Part shown: positions 41,001-41,374 of the stretch, piece after piece
Numbering within the stretch: position 1 is the stretch's first letter
How the letters are laid out: every line of letters starts with the position of its first letter
NCBI GenBank assembly: GCA_964360995.1
Contig: CAYHYZ010000005.1
Coordinates: 1-41,374, forward strand
Length of the DNA: 41,374 nucleotides
From: an uncultured Candidatus Saccharibacteria bacterium
GTDB lineage: Bacteria > Patescibacteriota > Minisyncoccia > Ryanbacterales > HO2-45-13
Reading direction: 5' to 3'
Made by a program: the position numbers and the translations under genes
Notes under the pieces: generated by a model
Told to the model about the DNA's origin: nothing
The model's input: only the letters and a program-made list of their open reading frames with translations
Databases searched by the model: none

Positions 41001-41374
41001 TTAGCTTACTGGTTCTCGATACGGGTCTTTTCCAGTGTAGAGTTGTTCGGTTTGTTTCTGGGGTTCGAGTCCGGCTTTTGCGGGGTACACCACCGCAGTG
41101 GACGCGCTTCCCGGTGGCGGTATTTTTGCGGGAGACGACGTTATCTGCTCGCCTCTGTTTGTGGCGGAGGGGATCGAGACTTTTGGCGTGGTGGGCAGTG
41201 ATGCTGGGGTAGGGGGTATCGCGGGCGGCGTCTTCATTTTTTCCTCTGTGTGAGCGGGCGTTGTACTTTTTTCGGTGAGTGGTGCCGTGTCTGGTTTTTT
41301 TTGTTTTTCAGAGGTGGTTATTGGAGTGGGGGCGGACTCCTGCGAGCTTTTTCGCACAATCGTAATTCTTGAAG
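41001..41374 (-). CDS. Pro/Thr/Lys-rich C-terminal tail of a protein whose 5' end lies beyond the window
   Basis: The frame stays open through base 41374 upstream of the GTG at 41357. Low-complexity sequence (TPPAIPPTPASLPTTPK). The stop lies 1 nt before the PrgI-like ATG. Confidence 0.5.
   Translation of the reverse strand, partial: SRITIVRKSSQESAPTPITTSEKQKKPDTAPLTEKSTTPAHTEEKMKTPPAIPPTPASLPTTPKVSIPSATNRGEQITSSPAKIPPPGSASTAVVYPAKAGLEPQKQTEQLYTGKDPYREPVS

Noticed and set aside
1-41374. CRISPR arrays, IS elements, transposases, integrases, prophage genes, rRNA
   Set aside because: No regularly spaced direct repeats, terminal inverted repeats with transposase ORFs, tyrosine/serine recombinase motifs or rRNA-like segments were seen. 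The only repeats are the tRNA-end copies described above.

Overview
This 41.4-kb chromosomal fragment reads under the standard genetic code (TGA is used as a stop at ATGA gene junctions). It looks like a small-genome Patescibacteria/CPR (Parcubacteria-like) bacterium. That assignment is an inference from miniaturised housekeeping proteins, core genes that mostly lack Shine-Dalgarno sites, a CPR/Gram-positive-style T4SS pilin, and an intron-bearing tRNA.

The window covers the replication-origin neighbourhood (dnaN<-dnaA | rpmH-rnpA-yidC-jag) with DnaA-box clusters. Other core genes are tsaD, valS, a PrsW protease, Hsp20, a type IV pilin, ruvA, uvrB, rpsT, a tsaE-polA-HK-RR-holA string, pilB/gspE, ruvB...yebC-ruvC, a class A PBP and a SpoU methyltransferase.

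Observations worth follow-up:
1. A tightly packed seven-gene chromosomal T4SS-like operon lies next to the origin block (35511-41374). It encodes a PrgI/VirB3-like protein, a VirB4 apparently split into two ORFs, a VirB2-type pilin, a secreted triple-repeat protein and a PD40 propeller. No relaxase, coupling protein or integrase is visible.
2. tRNA-Phe(GAA) is interrupted by a 213-nt group I (IC3-like) intron, with a free-standing HTH-LAGLIDADG-like gene 75 nt away.
3. The accessory patch between tRNA-Phe and a tRNA-Val/tRNA-Arg cluster (8037-9530) contains decayed tRNA-end repeats, a GC-rich structured element, and SD-led Cys-rich small ORFs.
4. A ~175-nt rod-shaped antisense-oriented structured RNA with 6S-like architecture lies between pilB and ruvB.
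5. A YkuK / DEDD-exonuclease (WYL-like tail) / hydrolase operon sits at 9834-11810.

No rRNA, CRISPR array, transposase or integrase was seen.
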